Part shown: piece after piece, positions 1 to 15,454 of the stretch
Position numbering within the stretch: the stretch's first letter is position 1
Layout of the letters: the number at the start of each line of letters is the position of its first letter
Assembly (NCBI RefSeq): GCF_988242995.1
Contig: NZ_OZ547043.1
Length of the DNA: 64,000 nucleotides
Direction: 5' to 3' (one strand)
Notes under the pieces: generated by a model
The model's input: the letters and a program-made list of their open reading frames with translations, nothing else
Databases searched by the model: none
What the model was told of the DNA's origin: nothing
Program-made: the position numbers and the translations under genes

Positions 1-333
1 TTGTGATAGTCACGGCCCAGCGCATAACGGCTAACATAGCCGAGTTTGGGGTTTTTCAGCGTGCTGGCAAATGCGGCGTTAGCAGGAAGGTAATTCATCC
101 GCACGCTGATCACGCGCAGCGTACCGGGCAATAACTCATGGGGGCGAGCGCGCAGCATACCGTGACGCGCCATCCAGTCCATTTCGCCGTGGTATTGTTT
201 GTCCAGCCATGCTTGCAGTTTGGGCTCGGACTCGCTGAGATCGGTATCGGTAATACCTACCTGCTGAAAGCCCAGTTCCAGCCCCCACTGTTTAATTTTT
301 TGCGCTAATTGATTGAGATCGAGGGGCTCTGAC

Positions 334-335
<2 letters not shown>
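1..335 (-). CDS. queG: epoxyqueuosine reductase QueG, N-terminal part only (gene continues past window start)
   Basis: Reverse complement of 1-335 translates from ATG (rc of 333-335) as MSEPLDLNQLAQKIKQWGLELGFQQVGITDTD...; absent from ORF track because no stop lies in the window. Confidence 0.85.
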
Positions 336-2314
<1,979 letters not shown>

Positions 2315-2332
2315 CCTTTGAAAGGTGGCGGG

Positions 2333-3670
2333 ATGATGTATCGCATCAGAAATTGGTTGGTAGCGACGTTGCTGCTGCTGTGCGCGCAGGTGGGTGCCGC
2401 GACGCTCTCTGATATTCAGGTTTCTAACGGTAATCAACAGGCGCGGATAACGTTGAGTTTTATTGGCGATCCTGATTATGCGTTTAGCCATCAAAGCAAA
2501 CGCACCGTGGCGCTCGATATCAAACAAACGGGCGTGATTCAGGGGCTGCCGTTGTTGTTCAGCGGCAATAATCTGGTGAAGGCGATTCGCTCCGGAACGC
2601 CTAAAGATGCACAAACGCTACGGCTGGTGGTTGATCTTACCGAAAACGGTAAAACCGAAGCGGTGAAGCGGCAGAATGGCAGCAATTACACTGTCGTCTT
2701 TACGATTAACGCCGATGTGCCGCCACCGCCTCCTCCGCCGCCTGTGGTTGCGAAACGCGTTGAAACGCCTGCGGTTGTCGCACCGCGCGTCAGCGAACCG
2801 GCGCGCAATCCGTTTAAAACGGAAAGTAACCGCACTACGGGTGTTATCAGCAGTAATACGGTAACGCGTCCGGCAGCGCGCGCGACGGCTAACACAGGCG
2901 ATAAAATTATCATCGCTATTGATGCCGGACACGGCGGTCAGGATCCTGGCGCTATCGGCCCCGGTGGTACGCGGGAGAAAAATGTCACCATCGCCATCGC
3001 GCGTAAATTGCGTACTTTGCTCAATGACGATCCGATGTTTAAAGGCGTTTTAACCCGTGACGGGGATTACTTTATCTCGGTGATGGGGCGCAGCGATGTG
3101 GCTCGTAAGCAAAACGCCAATTTCCTCGTGTCGATTCACGCTGATGCCGCACCAAACCGCAGTGCGACTGGCGCTTCCGTATGGGTGCTCTCTAACCGTC
3201 GTGCAAACAGCGAGATGGCAAGCTGGCTGGAACAGCATGAGAAACAGTCGGAGCTATTGGGCGGAGCGGGCGATGTGCTGGCGAACAGTCAGTCTGACCC
3301 CTATTTAAGCCAGGCTGTGCTGGATTTACAGTTCGGCCATTCCCAGCGTGTAGGGTATGATGTAGCGACCAGTATGATCAGCCAGTTGCAACGCATTGGC
3401 GAAATACATAAACGTCGACCAGAACACGCCAGCCTTGGCGTTCTGCGTTCGCCGGATATCCCATCAGTACTGGTCGAAACCGGTTTTATCAGCAACAACA
3501 GCGAAGAACGTTTGCTGGCGAGCGACGATTACCAACAACAGCTGGCAGAAGCCATTTACAAAGGCCTGCGTAATTATTTCCTTGCGCATCCGATGCAATC
3601 TGCGCCGCAGGGTGCAACGGCACAAACTGCCAGTACGGTGACGACGCCAGATCGCACGCTGCCAAACTAA
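2333..3670 (+). CDS. amiB: N-acetylmuramoyl-L-alanine amidase AmiB
   Basis: ORF 2318-3670; start placed at ATG 2333 (MMYRIRNW...); signal peptide, poly-Pro linker, amidase_3 domain. Confidence 0.93.
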   Translation: MMYRIRNWLVATLLLLCAQVGAATLSDIQVSNGNQQARITLSFIGDPDYAFSHQSKRTVALDIKQTGVIQGLPLLFSGNNLVKAIRSGTPKDAQTLRLVVDLTENGKTEAVKRQNGSNYTVVFTINADVPPPPPPPPVVAKRVETPAVVAPRVSEPARNPFKTESNRTTGVISSNTVTRPAARATANTGDKIIIAIDAGHGGQDPGAIGPGGTREKNVTIAIARKLRTLLNDDPMFKGVLTRDGDYFISVMGRSDVARKQNANFLVSIHADAAPNRSATGASVWVLSNRRANSEMASWLEQHEKQSELLGGAGDVLANSQSDPYLSQAVLDLQFGHSQRVGYDVATSMISQLQRIGEIHKRRPEHASLGVLRSPDIPSVLVETGFISNNSEERLLASDDYQQQLAEAIYKGLRNYFLAHPMQSAPQGATAQTASTVTTPDRTLPN

Positions 3671-3679
3671 GGACGATTG

Positions 3680-5527
3680 ATGCCAATTCAGGTCTTACCG
3701 CCACAACTGGCGAACCAGATTGCCGCAGGTGAGGTGGTCGAGCGACCTGCGTCGGTAGTCAAAGAACTGGTGGAAAACAGCCTCGATGCAGGTGCGACGC
3801 GTATCGATATTGATATCGAACGCGGTGGGGCGAAACTTATCCGCATTCGTGATAACGGCTGCGGTATCAAAAAAGATGAGCTGGCGCTGGCGCTGGCTCG
3901 TCATGCCACCAGTAAAATCGCCTCTCTGGACGATCTCGAAGCCATTATCAGCCTTGGCTTTCGCGGTGAGGCGCTGGCGAGTATCAGTTCGGTTTCGCGC
4001 CTGACGCTCACTTCACGCATCGCAGAACAGCAGGAAGCCTGGCAGGCCTATGCCGAAGGGCGCGATATGGACGTAACGGTTAAACCGGCGGCGCATCCGG
4101 TGGGAACGACGCTGGAGGTGCTGGATCTGTTCTACAACACCCCGGCGCGGCGCAAATTCCTGCGCACCGAGAAAACCGAATTTAACCATATCGATGAAAT
4201 TATTCGCCGCATTGCGCTGGCGCGTTTCGACGTCACGATCAACCTGTCGCATAACGGTAAAATTGTGCGTCAGTACCGCGCAGTGCCGGAAGGCGGGCAA
4301 AAAGAACGGCGCTTAGGCGCGATTTGCGGCACCGCTTTTCTCGAACAAGCGCTGGCGATTGAATGGCAACACGGCGATCTTACGCTGCGCGGCTGGGTGG
4401 CAGATCCGAATCACACCACGCCCGCACTGGCGGAAATTCAGTATTGCTATGTGAATGGTCGCATGATGCGCGATCGCCTGATCAATCACGCGATCCGCCA
4501 GGCCTGTGAAGACAAACTGGGGGCCGATCAGCAACCGGCATTTGTGTTGTATCTGGAGATCGACCCACATCAGGTGGACGTCAACGTGCACCCTGCCAAA
4601 CACGAAGTGCGTTTCCATCAGTCGCGTCTGGTGCATGACTTTATCTATCAGGGCGTGCTGAGCGTGCTACAACAGCAACTGGAAACGCCGCTACCGCTGA
4701 ACGATGAACCACAACCCACACCGCGTGCCATCCCGGAAAACCGCGTGGCGGCGGGGCGCAATCACTTTGCTGAACCGGCAGTTCGTGAGCCAGTAGCTCC
4801 GCGTTACACTCCTGCGCCCGCCTCAGGCAGTCGTCCGGCTGCCCCCTGGCCGAATGCGCAGCCAGGTTACCAGAAACAGCAAGGTGAAGTGTATCGCCAG
4901 CTTTTGCAAACGCCCGCGCCGATGCAAAAACTAAAAGCGCCAGAACCGCAGGAACCTGCACTTGCGGCGAACAGTCAGAGTTTTGGTCGGGTACTGACTA
5001 TCGTCCATTCCGACTGTGCGTTGCTGGAGCGCGACGGCAACATTTCACTTTTAGCCTTGCCAGTGGCAGAACGTTGGCTGCGTCAGGCGCAACTGACACC
5101 GGGTGAAGCGCCAGTTTGCGCCCAGCCGTTGCTGATTCCGCTGCGGCTAAAAGTTTCTGGCGAAGAAAAATCGGCATTAGAAAAAGCGCAGTCTGCCCTG
5201 GCGGAATTGGGTATTGATTTCCAGTCCGATGCGCAGCATGTGACCATCAGGTCCGTGCCTTTACCCTTACGCCAACAAAATTTACAAATCTTGATTCCTG
5301 AACTGATAGGCTACCTGGCGAAGCAGTCCGTATTCGAACCTGGCAATATTGCGCAGTGGATTGCACGAAATCTGATGAGCGAACATGCGCAGTGGTCAAT
5401 GGCGCAGGCCATAACCCTGCTGGCGGACGTGGAACGGTTATGTCCGCAACTTGTGAAAACGCCGCCGGGTGGTCTGTTACAATCTGTTGATTTACATCCG
5501 GCGATAAAAGCCCTGAAAGATGAGTGA
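3680..5527 (+). CDS. mutL: DNA mismatch repair protein MutL
   Basis: ORF 3677-5527; GHKL ATPase motifs ([18 protein letters not shown]); second ATG chosen to give 615 aa. Confidence 0.95.
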
Positions 5528-6470
5528 TATCAGTAAGGCGAGCCTGCCTAAGGCGATTTTTTTGATGGGGCCGACGGCCTCCGGTAAAACGGCGTTAGCC
5601 ATTGAGCTGCGTAAAATTTTACCAGTAGAGTTGATAAGCGTTGATTCTGCCCTTATTTACAAAGGGATGGATATCGGGACGGCGAAGCCGAACGCTGAAG
5701 AGTTACTCGCCGCGCCGCACCGATTGCTGGATATTCGCGATCCGTCGCAGGCTTACTCGGCTGCTGATTTTCGCCGCGATGCGCTGGCGGAAATGGCCGA
5801 TATCACCGCGGCGGGGCGGATCCCACTGTTAGTGGGCGGTACGATGTTGTATTTCAAGGCATTGCTGGAAGGGTTGTCGCCGCTACCGTCGGCAGACCCG
5901 GAAGTGCGGGCCAGAATTGAGCAACAGGCGGCAGAGCAAGGTTGGGAGTCATTGCATCGTCAACTTCAGGAGATCGATCCGGTTGCGGCAGCAAGGATTC
6001 ATCCAAATGATCCACAAAGGCTTTCCCGGGCACTGGAAGTTTTTTTCATTTCGGGTAAAACTTTAACGGAACTGACGCAAACGTCAGGAGACGCTCTACC
6101 GTATCAGGTGCATCAGTTCGCCATCGCCCCGGCGAGCCGTGAACTGCTCCATCAACGAATTGAGCAGCGTTTTCATCAGATGTTGGCTTCAGGTTTTGAA
6201 GCAGAAGTCCGGGCGCTTTTTGCCCGAGGAGATTTGCATACGGACTTGCCTTCCATTCGTTGCGTGGGTTATCGCCAGATGTGGTCTTACCTTGAAGGCG
6301 AAATCTCATACGATGAAATGGTTTATCGAGGTGTTTGCGCCACGAGACAGTTGGCGAAGCGGCAGATAACCTGGCTGCGTGGTTGGGAAGGGGTTCACTG
6401 GCTTGACAGTGAAAAACCAGAACAGGCGCGTGACGAAGTATTACAGGTTGTTGGTGCTATCGCAGGCTGA
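5520..6470 (+). CDS. miaA: tRNA dimethylallyltransferase MiaA
   Basis: 316-aa ORF, P-loop GPTASGKT; 8-bp overlap with mutL. Confidence 0.95.
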
Positions 6471-6543
6471 ATGTGTACAATTGAGACGTATCGTGCGCAA
6501 TTTTTTCAGAATCGAAAGGTTCAAAGTACAAATAAGCATATAA

Positions 6544-6864
<321 letters not shown>

Positions 6865-6940
6865 GGTTTCGGGCTGTTTTTTTTACACGGGGAGCCAGCG
6901 ATCCTGCGTTCCCCGCTGATCTATTTAGAGGGTTATACGC

Positions 6941-8221
6941 TTGTTTGACCGTTATGATGCTGGTGAGCAGGCGGTACTGGTACACATCTATTTTACGCAA
7001 GACAAAGATATGGAAGACCTCCAGGAGTTTGAATCTCTGGTCTCTTCCGCCGGTGTCGAAGCATTGCAGGTGATTACCGGTAGCCGTAAAGCGCCGCACC
7101 CAAAGTATTTTGTAGGTGAAGGTAAAGCAGTTGAAATTGCGGAAGCTGTCAAAGCGACGGGTGCTTCGGTCGTTCTTTTTGACCATGCCCTGAGCCCGGC
7201 GCAAGAGCGTAACCTGGAGCGTTTGTGCGAGTGTCGTGTTATCGACCGCACCGGCCTTATTTTAGATATTTTCGCCCAACGTGCGCGTACCCATGAGGGT
7301 AAGTTGCAGGTTGAGCTGGCGCAGCTGCGCCATCTGGCTACGCGCCTGGTGCGTGGCTGGACCCACCTTGAAAGACAGAAAGGCGGGATAGGTTTGCGTG
7401 GTCCGGGTGAAACCCAGCTCGAAACCGACCGTCGTTTGTTGCGTAATCGCATCGTGCAGATACAGTCGCGCCTGGAAAGAGTTGAAAAGCAGCGTGAGCA
7501 GGGGCGGCAATCGCGTATCAAAGCCGACGTTCCTACTGTTTCGCTGGTGGGATATACCAACGCCGGTAAATCTACCCTTTTCAATCGCATCACCGAAGCG
7601 CGGGTCTACGCGGCAGACCAGTTGTTTGCCACCCTCGACCCGACGTTGCGGCGTATTGACGTCGCGGATGTCGGTGAAACCGTGTTGGCAGATACCGTAG
7701 GGTTTATTCGCCACCTGCCGCACGATCTGGTGGCGGCATTTAAAGCCACGTTACAAGAGACGCGGCAAGCCACATTGCTGCTGCACGTCATTGATGCGGC
7801 GGATGTACGTGTACAAGAAAACATCGAAGCGGTGAATACGGTTCTTGAAGAGATCGACGCTCACGAGATCCCAACCCTGCTGGTGATGAACAAGATCGAT
7901 ATGCTGGAAGATTTCGAACCGCGTATTGATCGGGACGAAGAGAACAAACCGATCCGTGTCTGGCTTTCCGCACAGACCGGAGCGGGGATACCACAGCTTT
8001 TTCAGGCTTTGACGGAGCGGCTTTCCGGCGAGGTGGCGCAGCATACATTGCGTCTGCCACCGCAGGAAGGGCGTCTGAGAAGTCGTTTTTATCAGCTTCA
8101 GGCAATAGAAAAAGAGTGGATGGAGGAGGACGGCAGCGTAAGTCTGCAAGTTCGTATGCCGATCGTTGACTGGCGTCGCCTCTGTAAACAAGAACCGGCG
8201 TTGATCGATTACCTGATCTAA
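6941..8221 (+). CDS. hflX: ribosome-associated GTPase HflX
   Basis: 426-aa ORF with G1 GYTNAGKST and G3/G4 motifs; TTG start at 6941 per ORF track. Confidence 0.92.
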   Translation: MFDRYDAGEQAVLVHIYFTQDKDMEDLQEFESLVSSAGVEALQVITGSRKAPHPKYFVGEGKAVEIAEAVKATGASVVLFDHALSPAQERNLERLCECRVIDRTGLILDIFAQRARTHEGKLQVELAQLRHLATRLVRGWTHLERQKGGIGLRGPGETQLETDRRLLRNRIVQIQSRLERVEKQREQGRQSRIKADVPTVSLVGYTNAGKSTLFNRITEARVYAADQLFATLDPTLRRIDVADVGETVLADTVGFIRHLPHDLVAAFKATLQETRQATLLLHVIDAADVRVQENIEAVNTVLEEIDAHEIPTLLVMNKIDMLEDFEPRIDRDEENKPIRVWLSAQTGAGIPQLFQALTERLSGEVAQHTLRLPPQEGRLRSRFYQLQAIEKEWMEEDGSVSLQVRMPIVDWRRLCKQEPALIDYLI

Positions 8222-8306
8222 CGGCGTAGCGTCTGAAGCGTGGAGTCATATCCTCTGGCGTCGAAAGACAACAGGGATCACCGCATAACAAATATGGAGC
8301 ACAAAC

Positions 8307-9566
8307 ATGGCGTGGAATCAGCCCGGTAATAACGGACAAGACCGCGACCCGTGGGGAAGCAGCAAACCTGGCGGCAACTCTGAGGGAAATGGAAACAAAG
8401 GCGGTCGCGATCAAGGGCCACCTGATTTAGATGATATCTTCCGCAAGCTGAGCAAAAAGCTTGGTGGTCTGGGCGGCGGTAAAGGCACCGGATCTGGCGG
8501 TGGCAGTTCATCGCAAGGCCCGCGCCCGCAGCTTGGCGGTCGTGTCGTTACCATCGCAGCGGCAGCGATTGTCATTATCTGGGCGGCCAGTGGTTTCTAT
8601 ACCATTAAAGAAGCCGAACGTGGCGTGGTAACACGCTTTGGTAAATTCAGCCATCTGGTTGAGCCGGGTCTGAACTGGAAACCGACGTTTATCGACGAAG
8701 TCAAACCGGTGAACGTGGAAGCCGTGCGTGAACTGGCCGCTTCTGGTGTGATGCTGACGTCGGACGAGAACGTAGTGCGCGTTGAGATGAACGTGCAGTA
8801 CCGCGTCACCAATCCGGAAAAATATCTGTATAGCGTGACCAGCCCGGATGACAGTCTGCGTCAGGCTACCGACAGCGCCCTGCGTGGGGTTATCGGTAAA
8901 TACACCATGGACCGCATTCTGACGGAAGGTCGTACCGTGATTCGTAGCGATACTCAGCGCGAACTGGAAGAGACGATTCGTCCGTATGACATGGGTATCA
9001 CTCTGCTGGACGTCAACTTCCAGGCAGCTCGTCCGCCGGAAGAAGTAAAAGCGGCGTTTGACGATGCGATTGCCGCGCGTGAAAACGAACAGCAATATAT
9101 TCGTGAAGCAGAAGCGTATACCAACGAAGTTCAGCCGCGTGCGAACGGTCAGGCGCAACGTATCCTCGAAGAGGCGCGTGCGTACAAGGCCCAGACCATC
9201 CTGGAAGCTCAGGGTGAAGTGGCGCGCTTTGCTAAACTTCTGCCGGAATATAAAGCCGCGCCGGAAATTACTCGCGAGCGTCTGTATATCGAGACGATGG
9301 AAAAAGTGTTGGGCAACACCCGCAAAGTGCTGGTTAACGACAAAGGTGGCAACCTGATGGTTCTGCCGTTAGACCAGATGCTGAAAGGTGGTAACGCCCC
9401 TGCGGCGAAGAGCGATAACGGTGCCAGCAATCTGCTGCGTCTGCCGCCAGCCTCTTCCTCCACAACCAGTGGAGCAAGCAACACGTCGTCCACCAGTCAG
9501 GGCGATATTATGGACCAACGCCGCGCCAACGCGCAGCGTAACGACTACCAGCGTCAGGGGGAATAA
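8307..9566 (+). CDS. hflK: FtsH modulator HflK (SPFH/band-7)
   Basis: 419-aa ORF; Gly-rich N-terminus, TM segment, SPFH domain. Confidence 0.95.
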   Translation: MAWNQPGNNGQDRDPWGSSKPGGNSEGNGNKGGRDQGPPDLDDIFRKLSKKLGGLGGGKGTGSGGGSSSQGPRPQLGGRVVTIAAAAIVIIWAASGFYTIKEAERGVVTRFGKFSHLVEPGLNWKPTFIDEVKPVNVEAVRELAASGVMLTSDENVVRVEMNVQYRVTNPEKYLYSVTSPDDSLRQATDSALRGVIGKYTMDRILTEGRTVIRSDTQRELEETIRPYDMGITLLDVNFQAARPPEEVKAAFDDAIAARENEQQYIREAEAYTNEVQPRANGQAQRILEEARAYKAQTILEAQGEVARFAKLLPEYKAAPEITRERLYIETMEKVLGNTRKVLVNDKGGNLMVLPLDQMLKGGNAPAAKSDNGASNLLRLPPASSSTTSGASNTSSTSQGDIMDQRRANAQRNDYQRQGE

Positions 9567-9568
9567 CG

Positions 9569-10573
9569 ATGCGTAAGTCAGTTATCGCGATTATCATCAT
9601 CGTGCTGGTAGTGCTTTACATGTCTGTCTTTGTCGTCAAAGAAGGTGAGCGCGGTATTACGCTGCGTTTTGGTAAGGTACTGCGTGACGATGACAACAAA
9701 CCTCTGGTTTATGAGCCGGGTCTGCATTTCAAGATACCGTTCATTGAAACGGTGAAAATGCTCGACGCACGTATTCAGACCATGGACAACCAGGCCGACC
9801 GCTTTGTGACCAAAGAGAAGAAAGACCTGATCGTCGACTCTTACATCAAATGGCGCATCAGCGATTTCAGCCGTTACTACCTGGCAACGGGTGGTGGCGA
9901 CATTTCGCAAGCGGAAGTGCTGTTGAAACGTAAGTTCTCTGACCGTCTGCGTTCTGAAATTGGTCGCCTGGACGTGAAAGACATCGTCACCGATTCCCGT
10001 GGTCGTCTGACCCTCGAAGTACGTGACGCGCTGAACTCCGGTTCTGCGGGTACAGAAGATGAAGTTACTACCCCGGCAGCAGATAACGCCATTGCCGAAG
10101 CGGCAGAGCGCGTAACGGCTGAGACGAAGGGCAAAGTTCCGGTCATCAACCCGAACAGTATGGCGGCGCTGGGTATTGAAGTTGTCGATGTGCGTATTAA
10201 GCAGATCAACCTGCCGACCGAAGTGTCTGAAGCGATCTACAACCGTATGCGCGCCGAGCGTGAAGCGGTAGCGCGTCGTCACCGTTCACAAGGTCAGGAA
10301 GAAGCGGAAAAACTGCGCGCGACTGCCGACTATGAAGTGACCAGAACGCTGGCTGAAGCTGAGCGTCAGGGCCGCATCATGCGTGGTGAAGGCGATGCAG
10401 AAGCAGCCAAACTGTTTGCTGATGCATTCAGTAAAGATCCGGACTTCTACGCATTTATCCGTAGCCTGCGTGCTTATGAGAACAGCTTCTCTGGCAATCA
10501 GGACGTGATGGTCATGAGCCCGGATAGCGATTTCTTCCGCTACATGAAGACGCCGACTTCCGCAACGCGTTAA
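9569..10573 (+). CDS. hflC: FtsH modulator HflC (SPFH/band-7)
   Basis: 334-aa ORF immediately after hflK (2-bp gap). Confidence 0.95.
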   Translation: MRKSVIAIIIIVLVVLYMSVFVVKEGERGITLRFGKVLRDDDNKPLVYEPGLHFKIPFIETVKMLDARIQTMDNQADRFVTKEKKDLIVDSYIKWRISDFSRYYLATGGGDISQAEVLLKRKFSDRLRSEIGRLDVKDIVTDSRGRLTLEVRDALNSGSAGTEDEVTTPAADNAIAEAAERVTAETKGKVPVINPNSMAALGIEVVDVRIKQINLPTEVSEAIYNRMRAEREAVARRHRSQGQEEAEKLRATADYEVTRTLAEAERQGRIMRGEGDAEAAKLFADAFSKDPDFYAFIRSLRAYENSFSGNQDVMVMSPDSDFFRYMKTPTSATR

Positions 10574-10602
10574 TATAACGACTGCGGTACAGGTCAATAA
10601 AG

Positions 10603-10640
10603 CCACCGCATCCTCAGGGATGTCGGTGGTTTTCTTTTTC
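10603..10640 (+). terminator. rho-independent terminator after hflC
   Basis: Hairpin ccaccgcatcc/ggatgtcggtgg followed by ttttcttttt. Confidence 0.6.
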
Positions 10641-10654
10641 TATAAGGATAATGA

Positions 10655-10852
10655 ATGAATTCGACAATCTGGCTGGCGCTTGCCCTGGTTTTGGTACTGG
10701 AAGGTTTAGGGCCGATGCTTTACCCGAAGGCATGGAAGAAGATGATCTCTGCGATGACCAATTTGCCCGATAATATTTTACGTCGTTTTGGCGGTGGACT
10801 TGTGGTTGCGGGCGTTGTGGTCTACTACATGTTGAGGAAAACGATTGGCTGA
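10655..10852 (+). CDS. yjeT: small inner-membrane protein YjeT (DUF2065)
   Basis: 65-aa hydrophobic ORF. Confidence 0.85.
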   Translation: MNSTIWLALALVLVLEGLGPMLYPKAWKKMISAMTNLPDNILRRFGGGLVVAGVVVYYMLRKTIG

Positions 10853-10933
10853 ACAAAAAACAGACTGATCGAGGTCATTTTTGAGTGCAAAAAGTGCTGT
10901 AACTCTGAAAAAGCGATGGTAGAATCCATTTTT

Positions 10934-10949
10934 AAGCAAACGGTGATTT
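10934..10949 (+). promoter_or_regulatory. candidate PurR operator upstream of purA
   Basis: aagcaaacggtgattt resembles PurR box ANGCAAACGTTTNCNT; sits 7 bp before purA ATG. Confidence 0.4.
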
Positions 10950-10952
10950 TGA

Positions 10953-12254
<1,302 letters not shown>

Positions 12255-12307
12255 TTCTGGTACGCCTGGCAGATATTTTGCCTGCCGGGCTAACAGTGTG
12301 ATACATT

Positions 12308-12363
12308 GCTGTGTCGGGTAAGCCATTACGCTATCCGACACAGTGTTAAATCCTCGCTTTTTT
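12308..12363 (+). terminator. candidate terminator / REP-like hairpin after purA
   Basis: Inverted repeat gctgtgtcgg...ccgacacagtg followed by T-rich run. Confidence 0.4.
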
Positions 12364-12458
12364 CCTTCCCCGAACTGAAATAAATTAGCGACACAGCTTG
12401 TGGCTGGTTTATCATCAATATAAATGTATTTTTTCCCGTTTTCCCTTTTGAGGTTGAT

Positions 12459-12884
12459 GTGCAGTTAACGAGTTTCACTGATTACGGATTACGTGCGCTG
12501 ATCTACATGGCGTCATTGCCAGAAGGGCGGATGACCAGTATTTCTGAAGTGACTGACGTCTACGGCGTCTCCCGTAATCATATGGTCAAAATAATCAATC
12601 AACTTAGTCGTGCCGGCTACGTGACTGCTGTTCGTGGAAAAAATGGCGGCATTCGTCTGGGTAAACCGGCGAGTGCGATACGTATTGGTGATGTGGTGCG
12701 CGAGCTGGAGCCCTTATCGCTGGTGAATTGCAGCAGTGAGTTTTGCCACATTACACCTGCCTGTCGGTTGAAACAGGCGCTTTCTAAGGCCGTGCAAAGT
12801 TTTCTTACGGAACTGGATAACTACACGCTTGCCGATTTGGTTGAAGAGAATCAACCGCTTTATAAATTATTGCTGGTGGAGTGA
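12459..12884 (+). CDS. nsrR: nitric-oxide-sensing transcriptional repressor NsrR (Rrf2 family)
   Basis: 141-aa ORF, GTG start; Rrf2 HTH and Cys ligands ([12 protein letters not shown]). Confidence 0.93.
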
Positions 12885-12922
12885 CGAAAATCTTCATCAG
12901 AGATGACAACGGAGGAACCGAG

Positions 12923-15364
12923 ATGTCACAAGATCCTTTCCAGGAACGCGAAGCTGAAAAATACGCGAATCCCATCCCTAGTCGGGAATTTATCCTCGAA
13001 CATTTAACCAAACGTGAAAAACCGGCCAGCCGTGATGAGCTGGCGGTAGAACTGCACATTGAAGGCGAAGAGCAGCTTGAAGGCCTGCGTCGCCGCCTGC
13101 GCGCGATGGAGCGCGATGGTCAACTGGTCTTCACTCGTCGTCAGTGCTATGCGCTGCCGGAACGCCTCGACCTGGTGAAAGGTACCGTTATTGGCCACCG
13201 TGATGGCTACGGCTTTCTGCGGGTTGAAGGGCGTAAAGATGATTTGTATCTCTCCAGCGAGCAGATGAAAACCTGCATTCATGGCGATCAGGTGCTGGCG
13301 CAGCCGCTGGGTGCTGACCGTAAAGGTCGTCGTGAAGCGCGTATTGTCCGCGTACTGGTGCCAAAAACCAGCCAGATTGTTGGTCGCTACTTTACCGAAG
13401 CGGGCGTCGGCTTTGTGGTTCCTGACGACAGTCGTTTGAGCTTCGATATCTTAATCCCGCCCGATCAGATCATGGGCGCGCGGATGGGCTTTGTGGTGGT
13501 GGTTGAACTGACCCAACGCCCGACTCGCCGTACCAAAGCGGTGGGTAAAATCGTCGAAGTACTTGGCGACAATATGGGCACCGGCATGGCGGTTGATATC
13601 GCTCTGCGTACCCATGAAATTCCGTATATCTGGCCGCAGGCCGTTGAGCAACAGGTTGCCGGGTTGAAAGAAGAAGTGCCGGAAGAAGCAAAAGCGGGCC
13701 GTGTCGATTTGCGCGATTTACCGCTGGTCACCATTGATGGCGAAGACGCCCGTGACTTTGACGATGCAGTTTACTGTGAGAAAAAACGCGGCGGCGGCTG
13801 GCGTTTATGGGTCGCGATTGCCGACGTCAGCTACTATGTGCGTCCGCCAACGCCGCTGGACAGAGAAGCGCGTAACCGTGGCACGTCGGTGTACTTCCCT
13901 TCGCAGGTTATCCCGATGCTGCCGGAAGTGCTCTCTAACGGCCTGTGTTCGCTCAACCCGCAGGTAGACCGCCTGTGTATGGTGTGCGAGATGACGGTTT
14001 CGTCGAAAGGCCGCCTGACTGGCTACAAATTCTACGAAGCGGTGATGAGCTCTCACGCGCGTCTGACCTACACCAAAGTCTGGCATATTCTGCAGGGCGA
14101 TCAGGATCTGCGCGAGCAGTACGCCCCGCTGGTTAAGCATCTCGAAGAGTTGCATAACCTCTATAAAGTGCTGGATAAAGCCCGTGAAGAACGCGGCGGG
14201 ATCTCATTTGAGAGCGAAGAAGCGAAGTTCATTTTCAACGCTGAACGCCGTATTGAACGTATCGAACAGACTCAGCGTAACGACGCACACAAGTTAATTG
14301 AAGAGTGCATGATTCTGGCGAATATCTCGGCGGCGCGTTTCGTTGAGAAAGCGAAAGAACCGGCACTGTTCCGTATTCACGACAAGCCGAGCACCGAAGC
14401 GATTACCTCTTTCCGTTCAGTGCTGGCGGAGCTGGGGCTGGAACTGCCGGGCGGTAACAAGCCGGAACCGCGCGACTACGCGGAGTTGCTGGAGTCGGTT
14501 GCCGATCGTCCTGATGCAGAAATGCTGCAAACCATGCTGCTGCGCTCGATGAAACAGGCGATTTACGATCCGGAAAACCGTGGTCACTTCGGTCTGGCAT
14601 TGCAGTCCTATGCGCACTTTACTTCGCCGATTCGTCGTTATCCTGACCTGACGCTGCACCGCGCCATTAAGTATCTGCTGGCGAAAGAGCAGGGGCATCA
14701 GGGTAACACCACTGAAACCGGCGGCTACCATTATTCGATGGAAGAGATGCTGCAACTGGGTCAGCACTGTTCGATGGCGGAACGTCGTGCCGACGAAGCA
14801 ACACGCGATGTAGCTGACTGGCTGAAGTGTGACTTCATGCTCGACCAGGTAGGTAACGTCTTTAAAGGCGTAATTTCCAGCGTCACTGGCTTTGGCTTCT
14901 TCGTCCGTCTGGACGACTTGTTCATTGATGGTCTGGTCCATGTCTCTTCGCTGGACAATGACTACTATCGCTTTGACCAGGTAGGGCAACGCCTGATGGG
15001 TGAATCCAGCGGCCAGACTTATCGCCTGGGTGATCGCGTGGAAGTTCGCGTCGAAGCGGTTAATATGGACGAGCGTAAAATCGACTTTAGCCTGATCTCC
15101 AGCGAACGCGCACCGCGCAACGTCGGTAAAACGGCGCGCGAGAAAGCGAAAAAAGGCGATGCAGGCAAAAAAGGCGGCAAGCGTCGTCAGGTCGGTAAAA
15201 AGGTAAACTTTGAGCCAGACAGCGCCTTCCGCGGCGAGAAAAAAACGAAGCCGAAAGCGGCGAAGAAAGACGCGAGAAAAGCGAAAAAGCCATCGGCGAA
15301 AACGCAGAAAATAGCTGCAGCGACCAAAGCGAAGCGTGCGGCGAAGAAAAAAGTGGCAGAGTGA
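12923..15364 (+). CDS. rnr: ribonuclease R
   Basis: ORF 12881-15364; start at ATG 12923 ([14 protein letters not shown]...) gives 813 aa; RNB domain, S1 domain, Lys-rich tail. Confidence 0.95.
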   Translation: MSQDPFQEREAEKYANPIPSREFILEHLTKREKPASRDELAVELHIEGEEQLEGLRRRLRAMERDGQLVFTRRQCYALPERLDLVKGTVIGHRDGYGFLRVEGRKDDLYLSSEQMKTCIHGDQVLAQPLGADRKGRREARIVRVLVPKTSQIVGRYFTEAGVGFVVPDDSRLSFDILIPPDQIMGARMGFVVVVELTQRPTRRTKAVGKIVEVLGDNMGTGMAVDIALRTHEIPYIWPQAVEQQVAGLKEEVPEEAKAGRVDLRDLPLVTIDGEDARDFDDAVYCEKKRGGGWRLWVAIADVSYYVRPPTPLDREARNRGTSVYFPSQVIPMLPEVLSNGLCSLNPQVDRLCMVCEMTVSSKGRLTGYKFYEAVMSSHARLTYTKVWHILQGDQDLREQYAPLVKHLEELHNLYKVLDKAREERGGISFESEEAKFIFNAERRIERIEQTQRNDAHKLIEECMILANISAARFVEKAKEPALFRIHDKPSTEAITSFRSVLAELGLELPGGNKPEPRDYAELLESVADRPDAEMLQTMLLRSMKQAIYDPENRGHFGLALQSYAHFTSPIRRYPDLTLHRAIKYLLAKEQGHQGNTTETGGYHYSMEEMLQLGQHCSMAERRADEATRDVADWLKCDFMLDQVGNVFKGVISSVTGFGFFVRLDDLFIDGLVHVSSLDNDYYRFDQVGQRLMGESSGQTYRLGDRVEVRVEAVNMDERKIDFSLISSERAPRNVGKTAREKAKKGDAGKKGGKRRQVGKKVNFEPDSAFRGEKKTKPKAAKKDARKAKKPSAKTQKIAAATKAKRAAKKKVAE

Positions 15365-15454
15365 TCATAACCCTCTTCAAACAGAAGAGGGTGAATTATC
15401 CGTAGGCCGGGCAAGCGTGGCGCTCCCGGCAAAACGTAAACAACGAGTACATTA

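Noticed and set aside
6865-6940. Possible intrinsic terminator between hfq and hflX (gggctgtttttttt)
   Set aside because: The T-run is present but I could not identify a convincing GC-rich stem immediately upstream; it may be a weak or partial terminator and I left it unannotated.
8400-8530. Gly-rich repetitive DNA at the 5' end of hflK, considered as a possible tandem repeat or CRISPR-like array
   Set aside because: It encodes the Gly-rich N-terminal segment of HflK in frame; the repeats are short and irregular, with no spacer/repeat periodicity.
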